Program-made: the position numbers and the translations under genes
The notes under the pieces: model-generated
Told to the model about the DNA's origin: nothing
Databases searched by the model: none
The model's input: the letters and a program-made list of their open reading frames with translations, nothing else
Origin: Tubiluchus corallicola
Taxonomy: Eukaryota > Animalia > Priapulida
NCBI GenBank assembly: GCA_030141605.1
Contig: JAQGDQ010000946.1
Location: 1 to 64,000, forward strand
Direction of reading: 5' to 3'
DNA: 64,000 nt
In this document: positions 56,301 to 64,000 of the stretch, one piece after another
Layout: each line of letters opens with the position of its first letter
Position numbering within the stretch: position 1 is the first letter of the stretch

Positions 56301-59300
56301 CTTGAGTCAATTAAGCAACTGATTCTATGAAATGTGAATCAAATAAACGATGCCTACTGTATAGGCATCAGATATTTTTTTTAGTGCAAAGCTAAAAGAT
56401 ACAGTAAGGCAACAAATTTCTACATACCACTGTATCTCTGGTCTGTACCACACTGGCTTCATATTCCATTTCCCGTTCCTCTTCCTGCTCTTCCTGCAGT
56501 ACTAGTGGTTCCTGTGATTTCTCCCACAACCTCAGTGACTTGTCATGGGAGGCTGACACAATGTAGTTACCACTAGGACTAACAGCTACAGACCACACCT
56601 CTCCATGGTGACCCTAGTAAGAAAAAGATTTACTTGAACATCTATGCTAAATTACTAATGGTGTAAGCTTACTGCCATTAAGTTTTCGTGTAATAGAGAG
56701 CGCGTAGCAGATTAGTTTGCCAGCCAAAGGAAACGTTTTCAAAACCAAATAATTTTGTGACAGAAGAGAGAAGAGTTCTGTATGAGTTTAGTGCAAACTA
56801 TCAGCATTCATAATAACAAACATTCACCAAAATAGTGCACTGTACCCATTATGCTCATGGGTATAACAACAGCAACAACCACCGCCACCGCCACCACAAC
56901 CACCACCACAACAACAACAACAGCAACAACAGCAGCAACAACAACAACAACAACAACAATAACAATAACTTATTTTTTGCCTTCAGTATAACAATCATAG
57001 ATAGTATATAACAACGAGTTACAAAGTTTAGAGAAGGACGGGATGGTGAAAGACCAAAAGGTCATCTAGTCTGCCATCCCTAAATAGTGAGTACTAATTT
57101 CAGCATGGCGAGCAAATATTATTAGAAAAAAATAAAGAATAGAATACGAAAAACAGATCAAAATTAAATTAATAGCAAATTATGGCAAATAAAGTCATGC
57201 CAATTTACGCAAAACAAAGTGAAAACAAAATTAGTAAAGCAGAATTCTATAGGGAAAACTAACTAATTAAAAGCTAACTTAATTTGGCTATGCAAACACA
57301 AATTGCAAACAATAGCCTACCAACTAAATTCTTAACTTCTTTAAAACAATTTCACTGAATTGATTGTATCCAGCATAGGTAACTCGTTAAACAAACAATC
57401 ATTACAAATCTAGCCAAAAAAAACAACTAATACAGCTTGAAGACTGCTTTTTAAAAATTTTACATTCATGCTATCATATTGGCACAAATAAACTGGTTTG
57501 GAATGCAAAGAACTGGGTTACTTGTTATTGGGTTTTTCTGCCCAACTGTCTATCTACGTCGTTTGTTGCTCTATTAAGTTTTCACAAGATAAAAAGTGGC
57601 TAAAACGTATTACACGAAAAACAAAGAGAAAAGACCAGCCTAAAGGCCAAACCTATCTTATAAGTGAGTAATCCAAAATTAATCTCATGGTAGTAGCAAT
57701 GCAATGAAATAAAAAATTGTTCAAAAAAGTGCGAACAGATTATCAAGTCTTTACTGTCCTTACAGGCTTACTGCTCAAATGTAATATGTGTAGTTATGGT
57801 CAGCAGTTAAGGTGTTCTAGCTATTCACACAGCCTAACTCTCCATTCCATGAGGATCATTTTGATACCAACTTCATGGCTCTATGTTATTTGTAAGCTGA
57901 GATAATCCACGTTGAAGTTGAGGTGCAGGCTATGCAGTGAAGAACATAATCTTGAGAAAATCACTGTTAAAGTTGGCCATTGTTTTTTTGTCGCATTTCT
58001 GCAAAACACTTAACAACCGCACAAATATTAGTTACTACGGACTTTACAAGAACACATTGAAGTTCTATTTAAGGCCAGCAGATGGCTGTTCCCGACGAAG
58101 ATCTGGGCTTGGCAGTAGAAAAAACCTAAAGCAAAATGATTGCTTCCGTAAGCTACTATTGGAGTTTGAAAATGCAAGCTTTTTACAATTGCATGACTAG
58201 TTTTTAGCCAGAAAAGTGGGTAAAGTGTTTTAAAATTAAGTTTTTAGTATTTTTTGGTCATTTTCTTGATGCTAGAATATAAAAATGCAATATATATTGC
58301 ATTTGTTTTTATAAAAAACAAAAATTCACATTTGAGCAAGTTTTTGGGTCATTCTACTTTGAAGCATCATAACGTAGTTTTAACTATGCCCACTTATGAA
58401 CAGTTTAGGTTTGCAACCCCCACATCTGTAGTAAGTACAAAAACTCAAAATAACACAAACACAGGAAAGCAATACCTGCAACGTCAAGATTTTCTCAAAA
58501 GTGTCGCCGTCCCATTGCTTCACATTTTTATCCTTCCCGCAAGAGACAAACATGTGCGTGTTTGGTATAAACTGCACACACATGATACTAAAAAAAGAAA
58601 TTTAAAAAAAACGTTTACAGGACAACTGAAAAATAATGCAAATTATTAGAGTTTTCTAAGCGAAAATTGCAGAAAATAGAACATCTAATTAACTCGTCGA
58701 TACTCCTCTTAGTGGACGTGTACTAAAGTATGGCCCACATCATCGTGTAGCCCTGTTCCTCCTCTTTCTAAAGAGCTATATATCTCCTTCCGAGAGTCCC
58801 ACCAGGCGCCGCTACAACGTTTTTTTCTGCATGCTGTTTGGTCAAAATTAATAACTATCATACAACATACAGTAAACAACAATATATTGAAAGAACTGCT
58901 TTAAGCCTGATTGTTAAAACTGATAAGACCTGTTTTAGCATTGCCTTTGAAATAATAATCTTAGAAAATGTGTTCATAGCATTTTTCCTTTTTCAACTTT
59001 CACAACTTAGTAAAATAAATCCGAGAAAACATGAAGTGATTTATATGATTGGAAAAATACACAATAATGATGTGCAAAGCTTAAGCAGCCTGAGGCAAAC
59101 TCGGACGAAGCTTTGCTGCTATCCACTTTAGTATCAAACCGGATTCTAAATTTGTTATGAACGTCATTGTGTGATAAAGACTGTGTACACATTATCCAAA
59201 TCTACGGCCAAATCACGTTGAAAACACCAGTTCCGTCTGATCACCGAAGTTAAGCAACGTAGAGTCTGGTTAGTACTTTGATGAGTGACCGCCTAGGAAT

Positions 59301-62300
59301 ACCAGGTGCTGTAGACTTGTGGGGATGCTCACACTGTATCTCGAAACTAGGCGGAGGATATCACATGGAAAACGCCGGTTCTTAAATTTTGAAAGCAACG
59401 TGAACCTTTTTTTCTAATTTAATATCATTATAATTGTAATTAATCTAACAAATGTTATTACAAAATCATAGCTCAGGTTAAAGCATATCAATGGTCTCAT
59501 ATTAAACAAAATGCATTACTTTTATTAATATATTTGTAATACATTTAGGCCACATTAAATTACAAAACGTACAGATAGTTTTGTAAAATTTAATATGCTT
59601 AATACAAAAGTTTTGCATTCTTTTACGTTCTGTTAAGTTATGTTTAAGTTAAGTTTTGCATTCAAAACATTGTCACAGTTCCAGCGATTGATGATGATCG
59701 TGAATAGGTCAAAAGTTAAAGTGTGCGTGACAGCGCATTTATGTACACTTGGCAACGCCTCACAGCCCATGCTACTGTAATAGTAACAGTTTTAACAGCT
59801 AGCTAGAACTTTACCTATATCATTTTTTCTTGTTTCCAAACAAGATCCTGCTAGTAAATCACTCTATGCACAGACTAATTCATAATTAAGTAAAGTTCAG
59901 GTTACTGAACTAATACAGCAGATGGCTTTGCTTTATCCACATATTGCGTAACAGTTGTAGTTCAGATGTATTGCTGCGGTACATTTAACTTTTGACCTAC
60001 AGGAACTGCGCGTGTGCAAAACGAAACTGCGAAAAGGCTTACTGACATATATTTGCGTACAAAATGAGTACGTTACATTAAATATTCATTGACTGCTTAT
60101 CTCAATTTTCAGTACAGAGAGAGAATACTGATAATGGGTAATAAAATACGTAAAAAAGACTTCATTTATTCATCATTGATGGCTAGTAACATTTTATCAA
60201 CATAAGAATGATATTAAGTTATTATTAACCTCGCATGTCTGCTATTAAAATGTCATTAAAACAGAAAAACGCATGTTTGATAACATAAATAATTGCAAGT
60301 ACGGAAGTAAAACTTTAGTAACAAGTAAAATGTGAACTTACCTATCATCATGAGCAAATATTGACTTGTGGCAATCACCGAAATCCATGCCCCACAATTT
60401 AACATTGCGATCAGCTGACCCGCTAACCAACAATGTATTATCAGTTGAAATGTCCAGAGACAACACAGGCAACTTATGACCGTACAGAGATAAGAAAAAC
60501 TAGAAAGAGAAAAATCGCACATTATTAGCAACTAAGAGAAATCGTTTATAGTTGGATGAATGCGTAATAATACGCAGGCAGTACTGCGGGAAATTGTGAG
60601 GAAATCCTCGTTTGAATTACGTAAGTAATTTCAGGCAAAAGATATTTCAATTTACAGTCTTTTTAACTTAGATGACTTGCTAAAAATCAGATAGATTCTT
60701 GGCCAGCTACAAGCATTTCCTTTAAAAGCAAGTTGCATTACAAATGGCTTGCAACTTATTAGTATTTACATTAAAAGGAAGTTGCATTACAAAAGGCTTG
60801 CAATTTATTACTATTTACATTAAAAGTTGCATTACAAATGGCTTGCAACTTATTATTATTTACACTAAAATTAAGTTGCATTACAAATGGCTTGCAACTT
60901 ATTATTATTTACACTAAAAGTAAGTTGCATTACAAATGGCTTGCAACTTATTACTATTTACATTAAAAGTAAGTTACATAAGAAATGGCTTGCAACTTAT
61001 TACTATTTACATTAAAAGTAAGTTGCTTAACAAATGGCTTGCAACTTATTATTGTTTACATTAAAAGTAAGTTGCATTACAAATGGCTTGCAACTTGCTA
61101 ATATTTACATAAAAAGAAGTTGCATTACAAATGGCTTGCAACTTATTACTATTTACATTAAAAAGAAGTTGCATTATAAATGGCTTGCAATTTATTACTA
61201 TTTACATTAAAAGGAAGTTGCATTACAAATGGCTTGCAACTTATTACTATCTGAATATTATTAACATGCTAAGCAATAAAAACAAAGTAACTACTTTGCA
61301 ACATTCCTTATGCTTACATTGAAAACTGTGCATGTACTTTAAAAAACAATTCAAGTTCACACTCCAACAACATTTTTAAAGTTTATTTTTGCAGTTCCAT
61401 GCAAACATCGCAGGGATAAATTTTTAGTAAACATTTTTGGGTTAAATAAAATTTAAATTTTTGAAACCGTGCAAGATAGAAGTTTATGTTTTGTCGTTAT
61501 CAAATCTGGTTTTTAACAATTAAGATGTTACTCGCATGCTTACACACAAGAAGTAATTTTCAAGCAGAACAGCTTACAGTAAGAAGCTTATCTATTGGTA
61601 ATAAAATGTGATAAGGACAATCTATATGTGAGTTTTTCAAATCAGCAAATATTGTGTTCTCTAAGTCATGCTTAGTGTGATGCAAATATAAAAAATGGTC
61701 AATAAAGTTTATGGAAAATTTAAAAAATTTTTCAAGTCACAATCACATACCTTCAGTGTATCCAAAAAAAACACCTTAATTGTATTGTCTAATAATGAAA
61801 CAGCTAACAATCGACCATCATGGCTGCACTTCACACATAGAACATCTTCTGACATCTGTAGTGTGCGAGTGTGAATCAAGCTTAACCGTTTGCTGGAAAA
61901 ACAAAACAATCTTTTAAGCACTGGCGACATCTAAATAATAGTATTTATCAAAAAGAACATTTTCTAACATAAGTGCACTTGTGAAACTAGCATTTGAAAA
62001 CCCTACCTTGATGTCGTAGCTTGTTCATGCGAGATCATCTCAAAATTCCAGAACTTGATCTGCTTATCGGCGCTACCAGATACAATTCCTCGCTGTAAAA
62101 TCAAATGCACAAATTTAAGCAATAAAGAGGCCTCAGGAAGAAGAAACAGTTCACAGGTAATGTGGCTGTTGAAGATGAAATACATGAAAATAGATTGTGA
62201 TTTAATATACTATGAAATACGTTCAATAGTAGAATTCTACTTACTAATAAAATGTACCACACTGGCACGCGAATTGACGAGTATTTTTTATACATGTTTA

Positions 62301-63848
62301 AACAATATCATTTTTTATATATGTTTAAACAATATCATTTTTTATATATGTTTAAACAATATCATTTTTTTATATATGTTTAAACAATATCATTTTTTTA
62401 TATATGTTTAAACAATATCATTTATATATTGTTTAAACATATATAAAAAAAACTCGTCAATTCGCTTGCCAGTGTGGTACATTTTATTAGTAAGTAGAAT
62501 TATACTATTGAATGTATTTCATAGTATATTAAATCACAATCTATTTTTATGTATTTCATCTTCAACAGCCACATTACCTGTGACCCGTTTCTTCTTCCTG
62601 GGGCCTCTTTATCAGCAATAACTGCGGCCAGAGGTTTTATTTTGTCTCTCTTTTTGACAATAAGTAAAAATACGGTTATAAAAAAATAAGGCATAAGCAA
62701 GAACAAATGAACAAATTGTTTATAAAATGTGTTTGTTCAGAAATTTAAAATTCAAACAGCTCTGAGCTAATGTCATTCATGATTTTCATCACAGTTTATT
62801 TGCCCCGAAAAAACTGCCAAGTAAACTAGACGTAAAATTATCTGTCTAAAAAACGATAAAGAATTAGTTTCTAAGCCACATGAACATATAATGTAAGAAT
62901 TATGTAACAATTCACAACATTAGCAACACAGTCATCTTACATCGTATTTTACCAAAGCTTGTGCACAAGTTGACCAAGCACGGCATCAAACAAACACACG
63001 TGATAACTTAACACACAAACAATCTCAACAGCAAATCTGATTGGTCAATATCACACACCACACTGTACTCAGTACATTATTCCCTCATTATTGAATTTAC
63101 GTTTGCTTGCAAAACAAAAAAGTTTAAACACCTAGAGCAGGACACGCTAACAGACTGTCGTTAAATGAAGTGACTAATTAGTATTGCATTCACTAAGTGT
63201 TATGACGTAATACATCCTTCGTTTCGAAATCAAAAAATGCAAAACAGATTATGGTAATCCAGATGGCACAACAGCTTCCGAAGTATAATGAAATATATCA
63301 GCTATTGAAATATATGATAACGATATTGAGCTCTTTCACTCGTTATTAATTCATAACTAATATACATAAAACTTTGTCCATATGTTGTTAAGACATAGGA
63401 ATCGGTCATTGTTTACATTAAAATGATAAATATACTAATATTATTATTATTATTGTTTACAAAAATCTATCTTAAGATCATATTTTGAGATCTTTGAACA
63501 AAATGCCTTAGTGTATCAACTAAATCATGCCAAAACATAAGCATCCACTGACAGAGTCTAAATAAAGGGAATTGACATGATTAAAAGAAGTAAAATATAC
63601 ATTGTCCAAATCATCCAGAAAATTATGTATCTATACATCATATCTGAGCAAATTTCGACATTTGTCAATATGCAATATTGCCGTAACCACAACAATAATG
63701 ATCTAAGCGCATATTTCTGTGAAATTTATAAGCTAATAAGTCTTACATTGTCAGGTGTCAAACAGATAGACCACACTGCACCTTCGTGAGCATCTACTGT
63801 CTCCAGCAACACTGCGGAAGCTATGTCAAATACCTGGATTTTTCCTGC
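44377..63848 (-). CDS. WDR3: Second WDR3 copy in the right palindrome arm (last 12 exons visible; 5' part beyond the window, completeness unknown)
   Basis: Mirror exons with intact splice sites and frame: 63848-63747, 62092-62007, 61892-61751, 60499-60342, 58587-58476, 56613-56428, 54252-54184, 51549-51457, 50576-50479, 48643-48515, 47847-47754, 44529-44377 (stop). Two amino-acid differences seen in exon 56428-56613. Confidence 0.85.
46447..46769 (-). mobile_element. 5'-truncated RTE-clade LINE (mirror copy)
   Basis: Mirror of 31624-31946 with an identical 86-aa translation in the ORF track. Confidence 0.9.
59200..59318 (+). pseudogene. 5S rRNA pseudogene (mirror copy)
   Basis: Mirror of 19041-19159. 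Confidence 0.85.
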
Positions 63849-64000
63849 CTGAAAATAAGGAACAGCCATAGTTAGTTCAGATAGTCATTTATAATTACTG
63901 CAAGAAAAACGGTTATACAAAGATTTCCCCATAAACAGTCACAGACAGACGTGTCACTGTTTTGCTTGGTGTATGCCAAACGGCAGTAGAGCTATGATAA

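Overview
AT-rich, intron- and MITE-rich animal (invertebrate) genomic DNA; a 5S-derived copy resembles lophotrochozoan-type 5S (inference). The + strand carries WDR3/UTP12/DIP2 as 21 GT-AG exons (1971..34016, 887 aa; the N-terminal exon lies before the window). A convergent two-exon Golgi-type carbohydrate sulfotransferase (CHST/HNK-1ST family) sits on the - strand (36355..38806). The dominant structure is a giant inverted duplication with arms 14363..37929 and 40465..64000 (at least 23.5 kb each, running off the window) around a 2,535-bp single-copy spacer. It duplicates at least the last 12 WDR3 exons and the sulfotransferase catalytic exon. The sulfotransferase first coding exon (start codon and membrane anchor) exists only once, in the spacer. 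The new junction is at 40464/40465, where a tandem repeat is cut mid-unit. Arm divergence is patchy, including two amino-acid changes in one WDR3 exon. Other points: a 29-bp array amplified from the WDR3 stop codon, a 21-bp TACGTG/GATA array, an intronic hairpin, SINE/RTE fragments and several MITE families. All alignments were done by eye, and an assembly origin for the palindrome is not excluded.
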